Positions 12,096 to 24,836 of a stretch of 64,000 bases of DNA are shown in pieces. How positions within the stretch are numbered: the stretch's first letter is position 1; the number at the start of each line of letters is the position of its first letter. The stretch comes from Rhizodiscina lignyota (lineage: Eukaryota). The DNA lies in assembly GCA_010015805.1 (NCBI GenBank), contig ML978123.1:682001-746000 (forward strand), written 5' to 3'. The position numbers and the translations under genes are program-made. The notes beneath the pieces were generated by a model. That model ran no database searches. It was not told where the DNA came from and worked only from the letters and a program-made list of their open reading frames with translations.

Positions 12096-14427
12096 TTTGC
12101 CGGCTGCGACGAGGTTGGTGGTTGGCGATGTGGAGCTGTTTGTCGAATATCTCGGTGGTTGAATTTCGCTCTGGTGTGGGCTCGGCACTTGGCAATTCTC
12201 CGGTCGCGCGTCGGGCTTGGCATTGACCCGGCTCTACTCCGGCCCAGACTTTGTACGCTAAACCTCTTCCGACATAATTGGGTCGCTCGCTCCGGAGGCC
12301 AAGCTTCTCACTCGTCTCACTCTCGAGTCTCTCGTTCGCGAATTCGCACTCGTATCACTTTGCACATGACCTCCAGCGTCAGACGGGGCATTTCGGTCAT
12401 CCCGGTGTTTGTCATGATTTTCAGGAGTACCATGCTTCCCACGTGAGCAGATCTGGCTCCAGCTGCTCACGGTCCACCGAACTGGGCCCCGGAATCTCGC
12501 AAAGGGATGCTGTACAGCCCAGATCTGGCCGCGTCTCGATTGCGACTTCGTATTACAGTAGATGCGGGAATCATCACCGACATTGCGATATGCTATCGAG
12601 CTGCTTCTCCGTCCCCGACGTTCGTGTCGTTTAAACGCCGTGGCAAAATGCAATCCCGCATGCGTGCTATTTTAATACCCCCCTCCCATCTTAGCTGATG
12701 TACCGGTAACGTGCGTGTTTCAGGTTTCTTTTCTTTATACACGCGAGAGACAGGTCCCAAAGAGAAACACAATTCACAGAGCTCGGGAGGCGAAAAGCTG
12801 ATGAAAGAGTAGACGTATGCTCGAGTCGCGTAAAAGCACCCTTCGTCGTCGAGGGCAGTTTTCGGCGACTGACTCTTGCTCGTTTCCCTCGCCCGCGTCC
12901 GCTTGCGCTGACCATCCCTGTCGTTTCGCATCCATGGCGCATGTTGGGGTGTTGGTAATATGTGGCCGCGCTATAGCACTGGCAACTGCGCACGAGGAGT
13001 GCTCCAGCTGTCCATACCGGACAATCACGACGTGGATTCCGGAATGTTCGCGCCGTGTTTGTGACGAGTATTGACATGCCCATCTTCACCTTCACAGCTG
13101 GCCAGTCTTTCGAATAGGCAGCCCCGAACAGCCGAGTTCCCGCGTGCGCTGCATGCAAGTGTTAAGGTTGCTGAGCGTTTAGCCAGTGAGAGGCCAGCGC
13201 GCTGCCAGTTAGCGCCGACAGATCTATTCTTGGGCCGATGGTAGGGAGGAGACGGCCGTGAAAGAGGAGGCGCCACCTAGTCCTATCAGAGCTAGTCAAC
13301 TGCCTAAATCGTTTAATCCTTTCAGATCGGAGGAGAAAGACGTGATCGTCGGCGGTAGCGCTGTTTTCACAATTGAGGAGATCTGTCTCTTGCTCTTGAA
13401 CATATCTCTGCTTCTCCCCCCGTTTGAGAGGCCTGTGTTAGACGTACCCAGCTCGCGACCTCGACGGTCTCCATCCCCAAGCGGATGCCCGCGTGGAGCA
13501 TTTCGGGCCATTATAGGGCTTATCCCTACCACCGACGCGCACCGTAGCAACGACCTATTTTTGCGCGGGCGAACAAAGACGCTAACAACGTGACGCTCGC
13601 CAATCACGCCGCAAGAGCAGTTGCAGTAGCTAGACGCCCGTGCTCCGTCCTCCTCACTCTTCAAGGATTGCCGTTCGCGCAGCGACCTACCTTCAAACTC
13701 CACCAACTCTTTCTTCAATAATTTTTACCAGCGCCGTGATGCCTGCCCAGCGGCCTCTCTGATATTTGCCCTCCTCCCTCCTCCTTCCGCATTGGACCGC
13801 TGCAGCGCCAGTCCAGCCCGCCCTAAAGCGGCCCTCTGCGCCGGATCCTCCTCCTCGTCGCACATCACTGTTCTTTCGCGATTCGCCTCAAAGCCTCCCT
13901 CAACCTCCCTTATCCCGGCCACCTCTTTCTCCGCAAACACTCGACCGTCTCTGCGAGACCTCGACATTCTCTGCTCGCCGTCCTTCTGACCGTTCTTTGC
14001 GAATCGCAACCGGTTCATTATCCGTTTAATATTGGAATCGAATCTTCCGAAGCGCCCAAGTACCATCCAACAACGGCGTCTTTCTGCCAGTCGCTCATTT
14101 ACGGCGCTTAGCTGGGATCTGGTATCCGTTTTGAATTGCACTTTAACAGAAGCCACTACTTGTTGATTCGGTGAGTTGCCGCCTTGTTTTGCTGCTGTAC
14201 ATTGTCATATGGCCGTTGTGGCATGAGTTTGTTTGTCGTTCTGTTGCTCGCAGCGTTTCGGCCTGTTCATTGCGCAGCGTCACCACCTCCCCCAAGCAAC
14301 AACAGCGTCCGCGTGTCTGCCTTTCCCGCTGCTGTGCCGCGATGCTGCAAACACTCTAGCTCTTCGTGGCCACTTCGATCTCTTCTTTCCTTCACGTCGC
14401 ACACTCCTTCTCACGTCCACGGCAACC

Positions 14428-17400
14428 ATGGCTCTCTTCAACGACGCTGACAGTCCCATCAGTCCAACACTCAAACGAGCATTGTCCCCTGATCCAACGT
14501 CTCAATGCTCCTCTCCTAAGAAACTCGAGACCGACTCCGACGATCATCCTCCACCTTCACCCCGCTCCACTTCCCGAACCGCATATCAATATCCACTTCA
14601 GAGGCGGAAAACAAGCCTAGACAAGAGCCGCCGAAAACGAACACGCGACATTCCAAGCATGTCCTCATCATCCGGATCGCGCGCACTACCAGTTCAGATG
14701 CCGTCGTTCATGTCAGTGTTTGGAGAGGAGAACAAACAACAGTTGTCCGGTTACTCAGATCAACACGCGTCTGCCACGCAACCAGACATAATAGATCGTG
14801 GAATACTAAGTGGGGATATTTCTAGCCCTTCCCCCATCAACGGTGCCTTCTCTGCTTTCCACCAGCCGCGTGGTAGCACTTCCACTTCAAATTCAGAAGA
14901 CTCGGCCGACTCCTCTCCAACAACGACCATTTCCACAATTGATTCTTCCTCGATGACCGACACATCTCCTTCAGTCTCGCCAGAGTCTCCACCCTCAAAT
15001 CTGTCGCCTGCCTCATATAATGGAGACAGTTTGCGATTGCGAAAGGCGGAGCCCGATTCTCTCCTCCAAATCAACCAACAACCTACGTTTGGCATCGAAA
15101 CCCAGAGACCAAGCTCATCGAGCAAGAAGCCGCGCAATCTGAAGAATTTGGCCGTAAACACAAGCCAGACCTATTCGCTCGGAAAGGCAATCTCAACGGC
15201 TCAATTCCCTCTCGGCCAACCAGCCAACGAAGAGAAGGTCGAAAGGACGTCCGCTCCCGCTTCACCAGCCTTCATCAAACCTCCCAGTCCTCCCAAGAAA
15301 AGGTCAACTAATCTCGGCCTAACAATCAAGACACCATCGTTGAATACGAACATGACTCTGCCAACCCTCGCAATTCCGCCAACGCCATCATTTAAGCGTC
15401 CCAACACTCTTCGACACTTCCAATCTTCTCCATCATTGCCTCTTGTGACGCCAAGTTTGCCTCCAGAAGGTGGCATGCAACTACCGCCTCTTCGCACTCG
15501 ACCACAAACGAGAGGTTTTGCAGAGATACCCATGGAATATGAAGAGGAGGAGGAGCCGAACTTTGATGTGCCACAATCACGGGAGGAAAAGCCGGAATCA
15601 TATCCTGACGGCCCCATTCGCATCTACGAATCTGGTATAGATCTCTACTTTGAGCCGACTGCCGAGATCGCATCCAAATACGATGTTGTCATGAATGTGG
15701 CAAGCGAGGTCAAGAACCCGTTTCTGATCCGGCCTGCTACTGTCGCTGCTCCACAGATATCGACTAACGTAGGCGTGCTTACACAAGAGTCTCAAGAAAA
15801 AGGGTCCCCAACGACACCAAAGGCAATGCCTCTATCAACTGGCCCACCGGCGATGGACATACCTCAGTCAGCGATCAACCAGCCAGAGTACATCCATATC
15901 CCCTGGGAACACAATACCGATATTGTTCCAGATTTACTGCGACTCGTGGAGGTCATTGATAATCGTGTTCAGCAGGGCAAGCGTGTCCTTGTACACTGTC
16001 AGTGTGGTGTTAGCCGCTCTGCCAGTCTCATCGTCGCATATGGTATCTACAAGAACCCGGATCTCAGCGTCCAGGAAGCATACGACGCTGTCAAGAAGCG
16101 AAGCAAATGGATCGGACCGAACATGAATCTTATTATGCAGCTGCAGGAATTCAAGGCCAACCTGGCGAAGAAGAATCAGCTTCAAAACATGTTCGCCTTT
16201 CCGAGGAAGTTGTCATCTGCCATCAGTCCTGGTCTCCCGAGTGTTGACTCGAGCAATGGTGCGAATACACCGCGGACTGCTCCACTCCAACCAGATGCGT
16301 CCCCACAACGGGCAAGCACAGGGAATATGTCCATGTCTACCGGACCAATGGCCAGTGCGACTTCGACGTTAGGATTCTTTGACCCAAGTTTCCGCCGGTC
16401 ATGGGACTCTGGACAGGCAGCTTTCGATGTCTCACCTTCATTACCACCTGTCTCTGCTGGAACACCATATGTGGATACTAAAGGTCATGTGATACCTGTT
16501 TTGACAGCCACAGAACATCAGAAACAAACAGCGGAGAGGCACGAAGGCCGGGAATTGCAGCATTTCTTGGACCCAAAACCACAGCCATCGCGAAAGAGCG
16601 TTCCTAACTTCTCCCGTCAACTACCTCTTCGATCAGAGCGTGACAGCGACCAATTCATGACAAACAATTCGATCAACGAGGCTCTTATGTCACCGCGTTC
16701 TGAGGACTTTGCTATGACGTCAATCCACCAGCCATCACAAGAGAACGATTTCAACCTCTTCTCTCCCATGGTTACCGAGTTTCCTAAGAGCTTCCCGCTG
16801 GAACAACATGCACCCGTACCTGCTCCTCCTGCCTCGTCCTCTTACACTTCATCCGACGTGACTTCCCCGCGTTCCGCAGAGTTCGCTATGACTCCGGTTA
16901 GCGATAATCGAGCGGAATCTGACGAGACGTTTGGCATCTTTTCTCCAATGGCTACACACTTCCCAACGGAACTTTCTCCACCGCAAATTCCTGCACCCTC
17001 TGGACCCAGACAGGACAGTGTCATGCCGGAAGCAAGCATTGAGATGAGTGACCTCATGTCTCCTCGTTCAGAAGAGTTTGGAATGATCGGGTTCAATCAC
17101 TTTGGTAGCGGGAATGACTCTTTCGGCCTGATGTCCCCTACAGCGACCGACTTCCCTCAAGACCCGTGGTCCGCACTTCGACCAACGATCGAGACTTCAG
17201 CTCCTAGCCTCCAGCGCGAACGGTCACAAACTCCTCACGCTTCGGATTACGAAAGGCGACCATCAACCCCGCCAACTCTAACGGACGCTTCAAGTCCAGA
17301 TGCCGATGCAACTCCTTCTCCACCTCCGATGAGTCGCCTTCTGGACACGCCTCCTCGTCTCAAGACACGGTTCTCCGCTCCAAACCTCTCAGAGCAGAGG

Positions 17401-17658
17401 CGTCTGCACCAGCTGCAAACGCAGATCGAGTCACATCTGCCACACAATGCAGAAGAAGATGAAGACGCGCTTATGTCTCCAAGAGCAGAGGAGTTCACGA
17501 AGAATCCGTTCCATATGGGTATCACCGAGGAGGGTGAGGTCAGGGATAAGCTTCCAGTGCCAGTTGCAGTTACGCCGGAAAAGGGCAAGGCGGATCCAAG
17601 GAGTCCGGCACAATTGGGAATTAGCCCGATTACGAGGAATATCTTCGATGTGCTGTGA
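14428..17658 (+). CDS. MSG5: Dual-specificity MAP kinase phosphatase (Msg5/Pmp1-like), intronless, ~1076 aa, largely disordered
   Basis: Catalytic VHCQCGVSRSASL; YPDGPIRIYESGIDLYFEP; IGPNMNLIMQL; docking-like KPRNLKNLAVN. ATG in accATGg context at 14428. Confidence 0.88.
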   Translation: MALFNDADSPISPTLKRALSPDPTSQCSSPKKLETDSDDHPPPSPRSTSRTAYQYPLQRRKTSLDKSRRKRTRDIPSMSSSSGSRALPVQMPSFMSVFGEENKQQLSGYSDQHASATQPDIIDRGILSGDISSPSPINGAFSAFHQPRGSTSTSNSEDSADSSPTTTISTIDSSSMTDTSPSVSPESPPSNLSPASYNGDSLRLRKAEPDSLLQINQQPTFGIETQRPSSSSKKPRNLKNLAVNTSQTYSLGKAISTAQFPLGQPANEEKVERTSAPASPAFIKPPSPPKKRSTNLGLTIKTPSLNTNMTLPTLAIPPTPSFKRPNTLRHFQSSPSLPLVTPSLPPEGGMQLPPLRTRPQTRGFAEIPMEYEEEEEPNFDVPQSREEKPESYPDGPIRIYESGIDLYFEPTAEIASKYDVVMNVASEVKNPFLIRPATVAAPQISTNVGVLTQESQEKGSPTTPKAMPLSTGPPAMDIPQSAINQPEYIHIPWEHNTDIVPDLLRLVEVIDNRVQQGKRVLVHCQCGVSRSASLIVAYGIYKNPDLSVQEAYDAVKKRSKWIGPNMNLIMQLQEFKANLAKKNQLQNMFAFPRKLSSAISPGLPSVDSSNGANTPRTAPLQPDASPQRASTGNMSMSTGPMASATSTLGFFDPSFRRSWDSGQAAFDVSPSLPPVSAGTPYVDTKGHVIPVLTATEHQKQTAERHEGRELQHFLDPKPQPSRKSVPNFSRQLPLRSERDSDQFMTNNSINEALMSPRSEDFAMTSIHQPSQENDFNLFSPMVTEFPKSFPLEQHAPVPAPPASSSYTSSDVTSPRSAEFAMTPVSDNRAESDETFGIFSPMATHFPTELSPPQIPAPSGPRQDSVMPEASIEMSDLMSPRSEEFGMIGFNHFGSGNDSFGLMSPTATDFPQDPWSALRPTIETSAPSLQRERSQTPHASDYERRPSTPPTLTDASSPDADATPSPPPMSRLLDTPPRLKTRFSAPNLSEQRRLHQLQTQIESHLPHNAEEDEDALMSPRAEEFTKNPFHMGITEEGEVRDKLPVPVAVTPEKGKADPRSPAQLGISPITRNIFDVL

Positions 17659-20600
17659 GTGCAGATCCAGAACGGCCCATTAGATCACAAAACCCCAACG
17701 AATAAGTCTCACAAGAGGCTACGAAACTCGCGCTATGCGGTACGGCGGCGCAAATGAGGGCCATGGCCCCGAAAGCGCCTGTACCGAGGGCACGTCGCGC
17801 TTTGCGCAGTCAATGAAAGATGAAGATGAAATTATGGCTGAAGCGGGGCATGTACATGAAGGATCGATGAAGAATGGGCCCGCTTCGTGAGGGAAATGAA
17901 GAGACGAGAAGAGGGGAATGAGGCAGATGAGGACGGAGTCTTAAGTCAGAGCACGAGGGAAAAGTCCCGCGTATACACACATCATCTCCTTTGTCAATAC
18001 CTATCACACACCACGCTACATAGCCCCCGACTGTCTACCGGGTGTCTCCTTTGCTTTTCTTTGGTTGGTCTACGATTTCATAGCGTTCAGTTTTTTCTTT
18101 TCATCCATGCATGGGAAAGCGGTACGTTGAATGGGCCGCGGGGCTGGGAAATAGCTTCTTTTTTTCTTGGGTCTCAAATTTCAGGGTTAATTGGCATTAT
18201 GGGATCCGGTAGACCAAAGACGTCATTAAAACATTCCCACTTGAATGTGGCACGAACCAAACGGCCAATTCATTAGGTTTCCTTCTTCTTCGGGCTTTTC
18301 ATGACAAAATGTCAAATCAAATGTCTACACTTGGGTCTCAATTCCGATTTTCGAATACAGCTTTTCCTTATTGATATTATGTCTGCGGGAGGCTGCTCCT
18401 GTATTCTTTGAGCGAATACCTTAAAGCGAGAGAGTTGGCTAGGGAGCGACTGCGAGCAAAAGGCAAATACCCCTGTTGAGCGGGCTTCATCTTTTTTCTT
18501 GTGATGTTGTTAATTGGGAAAAGAAAGAATACCTTAAGCGGTGGTTGTAGATATTTGGGTGGTGCTGAGCCATCGAATATATACGGTTTCTTGCCTGCAT
18601 CCAGAAGCAATAAGCCTGTTGAGTCTATCGTGCATTGTCAGACCACAATATTCCTTGGACGTGTTGGGCGGAGTCTAATCACAGTAAGGTTGTAGCTGAA
18701 GAATAGTGCGATTGTGGAGAAGCATATTCCGGAAGCTACAAAGCTATCGAACTGTTCATCAACGGAACACGAACAACTTGTCTCTCAAATATGCCAAGGC
18801 ATCTGCACAGAGCAAGTCGCTGCGCTGCGATGAAGCTCTTAGCGGCCGTCGAACACTTCGATTGCACATGTTCCGACCTTCACCGCAGGCACATCTCTCA
18901 AACATGACATACTCATTCGACTTCAAATCCTTCTACACCGTACCCTTCAACTTACAACAGTCTGTCAATTTTCATTGATTTTAATTCTGGGTAATAGCGG
19001 GATTGAGTTTTCCTCTTATGCACCGTATTTCATTGCAAGGGCATGAACGTGGCGCGAGAGTCGAGTCTTCATATTTAACTCCGGGGAACCCAAGATGTTC
19101 ATGTCAAGCTCGTTTTAGCATATCAAACGATTTCGCAGAAGTATAAAATGAATATTTCTCGATTTGATTTACAGTATCCTTGTCTCTATATTCTGATCCA
19201 CTTTCTCTTCCCTGCTTCGTTTTGAGAGGCTCACCACACGCCTTGGGAGGAGGTAGACAGCGTTTGCCTCATTCTCTGGATCATGCCCCTGTTGCAGAGT
19301 ATTCGTTGTATATTGACATGGTGAAATTTCGAAGCATTCCGGTTGACTGGATCCGTTCCATGGCCTAGGTCCATTGTGTATTTAGGCACGAAGACATTGC
19401 TGCTCCCCGAGGCATGACAGCGAACAACACTGTCGATCTACCACATAGTACTTGACGCATAATGCGGAGGCCTGACAGCTACTCGAAAGTGGGAAACATT
19501 CGCAAAATAAAACTCGTCACCTTGACTCTGGGATGCTGATCATCTGAGGATCATGCGTGTGTTCGTCGTTGTTCTTGAATGAGTCGTTGGAACTTGAGTT
19601 CTCGAGTATCGTAAGTTCACAACCGTAACAAAAGGCTAATCCCTCTTTATTACGACATGTGGTCTCGGTACCGCGAAGAGTCTAGTATGAGTCGTATAAA
19701 ATTACTCTTCGCGACTATATATATCTACGTATCTACATAGTAAGCTAGCTTTCATCAGTGTGTAGAGTTCTTTTCCCCTTCATCTCTTTGAGCAGTGATT
19801 GCATGAACACAGAGAGCATGCCACTTTATCTTCTTCACTCTTGCGTGCATCTACAGAAACCGAGTCGGGATGGCTTACCAGTCGTCGCAGACGAAATCGA
19901 CGAATGGCCCGCATCGGGAATCTTCTTCGTATCGAGGGTCGTGCAGGTCATCGCCAGATTATTGTATCAGACACACCAGCAAGGTGTCCGAAATTTCTAG
20001 ACGCTCGTCAATCAACAGCAAAGCCAGCCAAATCTTCCCGAATACTTCCTCTTGTTGTCCTCCAGCGCACAGGCACGTGTTATCAGTTTGTTTTGGCCCA
20101 GGCGAATTACATATTCAAGACACTGTGCCTGAAACCCGAGAGCATATGGCATGATAACCCCGAGTCGATTCTAATGCCGCCTTATATATTTTCCAAGAGA
20201 AGCTTGATCTCGTAGATCTTACGCCCTTCGCTTTAGTCACCGGGCGTATCTTCCAATATGCTAAAGCACATCCCAACAAACGGCATCTGCTGGTCGTCTG
20301 TCGACCGTCCTCGTCGCAGTCTGGCTTCTGATCATCACCATTTCCGTATCGTCGATGAGCATCGACATCATGGGGTCTTGAGCATCCCCTCTGCCTCGTG
20401 GTGATGCAACGAGAAAGCCACTCCCTGAGCACGGTTCGGACAGCAACCTTTCATCATTTCTAGCTTTTCGAACACCTTGTTTGGTAGATGGTCTTGCTTG
20501 ATGGCCGGCAATCCTTGGCTGTTCTTAAGAAGTAATCGATTAATGCGGTCCCTCCTTGTTTTCTGCCTGTTTTCCACGGCTTGGACTTCTTGTATCTCTG

Positions 20601-21406
20601 CCAATACCACGACTCTTTGTCATGGACACTCCGCGCACTTGTAATCGTCGACGCGCCCTCCTCCAGAATCGCATCGACTGCTAAGTCCAGCGTGAAGCAA
20701 AGGTCTAGCATCAAAGTCATGCTTCGTTGCAGAGGCTCTTGCTGTATCCGCAATTGTAATGGCTTGGTCTACACGGTTGAGACATTCGGTACTTAGCGCC
20801 GAAGGTTGTATAACCAGAAGGAGTTGCATAAGCATGATATCGTTCGTTATTTTTATCCTCGGGATATGAAAACACTGTGTATAATGACGCTCTTCGTAAT
20901 GGAATTAGAATGGAAAATAACTGTTCTCTTAGCTTGAATCCGCTGCCTCGACAAGTTTTTGGGCGTATAAAGGAGTCAGTGTCCAGCAAGGGAATAGTCT
21001 ACAGCGCCACTCTATTACAGTTGCCTTCAGCCTTTCCAGGAAGCTTCTGCGTGTTGGTGAGTTTATTTTCGAGGTTGTCAGGGAGTAGCTTACCAAGCCT
21101 GCCCTGGAAGCAAATCTTCACACGCCAGAATGATGTTTTGAAACATTCGCACGATACGTAGACTTTGGATCATTTTCTTACGATATTCACCACCATTGCA
21201 GGGTCGGTAAAGCCATTCTTCTACCCATTCGCCTGTATGGCTAGAGGCTATATCAGACCGCATTATGTCCGACAAGTCATAACGCTACACCAATTTTTGT
21301 GTGTACGTCCCAATCACCACATTCAGATGTGGCTTCCAACAAGCACCTGACTGAGCTGCTTTCCGCGGACTTCTTCGCCGCCTCCCAGTTCTCCAGCTGG
21401 CCCATC

Positions 21407-23293
21407 TTAATCCTCGTCATCACTCTCAATTCTCGGCCGCTTAGAAGACCTGTCCTCCGCCTCATTCAGACCGTACCGCTTCTTGCCTTTGCTTCCCGAG
21501 GAGCCGCCCGTGACTTCTGAAATCATGTCATTTACGCCGAAGGGGTCGGAAGCGTCTGGTTCTGCTTCTTGTTTTCGCTTCTCTTCTCTTACGGCGCTCT
21601 CGAATTGAACTGGTCCGGAGCGTGCCTAGTTGATGTAGATTAGGTTCTCAGGCAATCTTGTGAAAGTGTAGGAAATACTGACCTCGATATCCGCAGCGCC
21701 TTTGAAGCCCTTCCCTGCCTTACCTAGCACCTCGAATCTAGACGATTTCTGAATCTTGTCCAAGGTCTCTTCTCCATCCTCCTCGTCATCTGCACCCAAA
21801 CTCGGTCGGTAAATGCTCTGGATTGCCTCTTGAGCGGCGAACAAGGGCTTGTCGTACGGCTGATCCTCGTTGAATCCAGTGTCGAATCCACTGGTCTGGT
21901 TGAAGAGTCTCGAGTCGTACATCGTCTCGGCACCCGCCGTTGGTTTTGCCAGGCCTAACGCAATCTTCTCGCTGATATCACGACCTTGTTCTCTGGCCAT
22001 CATCTGCAGCTTGCGTTCGTGGCCCATGCGCGACTGTCGCATCTCGCGCTCGGCTTCTCGTCGGCGCTCTTTTCGCGCTTCTTCGCGTTCGCGTGCTTCT
22101 CGATCCTCTTCGCTGTCCGCCGATCGTGAGCGAGAAGAATAAGAAGAATCTGAAGAGACGCTTCGACTCCGACTTCTGCTGTTGCGAGAATATCGCCTGC
22201 CACCTTTTCGAGGGCTTTTGGAATTTGCTTGCTCTTCTCGAGCCTTTTGCGCCAACTCACGCAGATGCTCTTCCTTCTGCATCTTCTCCCTCTGTGCCAG
22301 TCGCTGTTGCATTGCTGCTCGCTGTTGGACTTCCTCCCTTGCATGCCTATCTGCCTGGTACAGTGCCTCGGCGAATTTGCTAAAGTTGTCGTTGATTTCG
22401 AAGTCTCGCAATCCTCTTCCATCGGCAGCCAACCGCTTATCAAGCGGCACGGTGAAACCTTTGGGATTTTTCCAGTTGCTGACGGGTGGTGGGATCTTCC
22501 AAGCTTCCTGGTCTTCGGCTGTCAACTTCCTCGGAGGCGAGTGAAGTATAGGTGCAGGTGGCGAAGGCGGGCCGCGAGGAATTTTCTTGTGCTTGAACTT
22601 CGGTGGCTCCAGCGGGTCTTGCTGTCTCTCGACAATCTTGATGATGCGGTCTTGCTTCTTTGATGTGTCGCCCATTTGGTTCGCAGGAGTATACCGCACG
22701 AATGTAGGATCTTTCCTCGTCATGCCCTTCACGTTCTTAGGCTTCTGCGCAGCCACAGCCCCAGACACCAGCTTAGCCAATGCCATTTGTGTGCGCTCCT
22801 TTGTGTCCGTAATCTCCTCCTCTGAAGGGCGCTCTAAACTGATCTCCCCAACATCTGCTCGTTGCCTCAATGGTATCAGGTCCTTGAAGCTCGCCTGTAC
22901 GAGCGCGCCTCGCTTCTCGTCGTGACCTCGTCGTGCGATCGCATCGTATTTGAGTTTGCCAGCGTCGTCAACTTGGAGGGCAAGCGAGTTTGAACTGCCG
23001 GTGGTCTTGCGGCCCATGTCCAGAGGATACTGAGCGACTGGCACCTCTGGGAATGCACCTCCGTCTCCATAATCTTCTTGTGACCGTGGACGCCATCCTG
23101 TTCGGTTGCCGTAAGGCGGGGGGCCGCGTTTTCTGAGAACAATTTGGCTTTCGTCGATGACGCCTGGGCCAACCACGCGGGTAGTCTTCGCCTTGGGCAC
23201 CTCCAGAGCCTCGTCCTCCTCAAACTCCGCCCCCTCGTCGGTGAATTTCGGTTTGGGCAGAGCCTTGGAGAGCGATGTTGCAATAGTGGCCAT
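21407..23293 (-). CDS. PRP45: Pre-mRNA splicing factor Prp45/SNW1/SKIP
   Basis: DGGAFPEVPVAQYPLDMG, DPLEPPKFKHKK, SNWKNPKGFTVPLDKRLAADG. Intron ~21626-21682, then last exon ARSGPVQFE...DPFG...DDED*. Confidence 0.96.
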
Positions 23294-24836
23294 GTTGAAG
23301 GATGGCAGAAGATGGTGTTGTTGGAGTCGCGTGGAGGCGCGTGGGTGCAGAAAAGTTCAGGTCGACATGCAGAGGTGATGTTGAACGCCAAGCCCACTAG
23401 GCTATGAGAGGCTTAGCGTGTAAGTCCAACGCTCCAACCTCAAGATGGAGGCATCTCGCACTGCAGCCGCACATCACATGCACATGATACACCAGATTCG
23501 AGTCTAAAACTCACTCAACACCTGAGACGGCCGACAACTGGCCGTGCTGCTCTCGCACTTTTCACTCCTGGCAAGTGGCAACGAGCCCCACAAGTGTAAT
23601 TCCAACTGCCACGATTTCATCCTAGCCCTTCCACAGTCTGCATGCAAAGTAGCTTAATTTTCCGAAGCACGCAACGAGCCCAGTTTCATCTCATTTCGCT
23701 TTGGGAATTTAGGTAGCTTTATGGACCAGCATGTCTGATCTGTCTCACAAAACGAGGGAGGTCTTGCTTCTTTTCGTGCCTCATGACTCGCTGGCTTGCC
23801 TGTTGCGGGTCTTTATCCTCGCGAGCTGGACATGGCTCGTGGTCTGCTCAGACCCTTAGACCCTCTGGGCCCCGAGCTGTCACGCTGGCCATCGCGAGTC
23901 TTCGACTTTTGACTTTGCTCTCTTCGACGGTTGACCGTTAGTCACGAATCTGGATTTCTGACTTGCAGCCGACCGCGATCTCGTATCCAATGAGGTGCTG
24001 GGGTGGTGCTTTTAGGGTTTTCCAATCACATCGAGGAGGGCTGCTTCAGCGTCGTGAAAGGTCAGCAATTTTGCACTTCTCGAAGCATCAGACGGGCCTT
24101 TCCCACGTGGTGATGGCCGGCACGAACGTTTGAGCTCTTGACGTCAGTTGCTGGCCAGTGGCAGTGTCAAACAAGAGCAGATCAGCTCGAGAGGCTCTGC
24201 GGAACGAAATTGAGGGGAGGTGCACGTTCGTGACAGAGACCCTGACCTGCATAAGGCCCTTGAGCCGGATGTGTTCCCGTCCTGCACCACGAGCAGCTCA
24301 CAACCACGGCCTGTCCGACCCCTACGCTTGCATTTGAGTTTCGTCGCGTGTTTACGACGCGCTCAGAAGATGCAATTGACGTCGCTCGTTTGGGCAGGTC
24401 CTCTGGAGACGGAGTGCACATAAGTTGATAGTGGGATCTTGGGTTCACTGGTTGCCGGCGGGTCAACGGTGCGGCGCGCCCCTCGGGAGGAATTAGCCAT
24501 GCCAGGAGATTAAGCAACGGAACTAGGCGACCTGAGGGACGTTTGCTAGGAAGACAATGCCTGTGAGTCTGTGGCCCCTGATGCCGTACACTCGGAATAG
24601 AGACGGCCTGTTTTACATTCCAGCACTTGCAAGGGTGCGCGGGAAGTTTGATGTCTCTGAAGGAGGCATAGGAAGCCTGCTCGAGCGTGCCATAGAGCAA
24701 AGCCTGATTTGGACGGAGAAATTGCCGTCTCTTTAATAATATAGACTTGCCCCGAACTGTTCATCGGAGAATTTATTCGTCAATGCTGCTCTAAAGTTCT
24801 GGAGGGGAGCAGCTCTCAATCTCGTTGCCGTGAACC

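Noticed and set aside
12258..14156. Many 80-155-aa ORFs between RPL4 and the phosphatase
   Set aside because: GC-rich promoter/leader sequence; no protein-like composition or motifs.
17738..17800. Hammerhead ribozyme or SECIS (AUGA...CGAAA)
   Set aside because: No CUGANGA core or third stem; the upper helix is too short for a SECIS, and ascomycetes are not known to use selenocysteine.
18600..20560. DRLNRLI / DRINRLL similarity between two relic-like segments
   Set aside because: Too short and does not extend.
21407..21682. Apparent truncation or frameshift of PRP45
   Set aside because: An intron and an in-frame last exon complete the gene.
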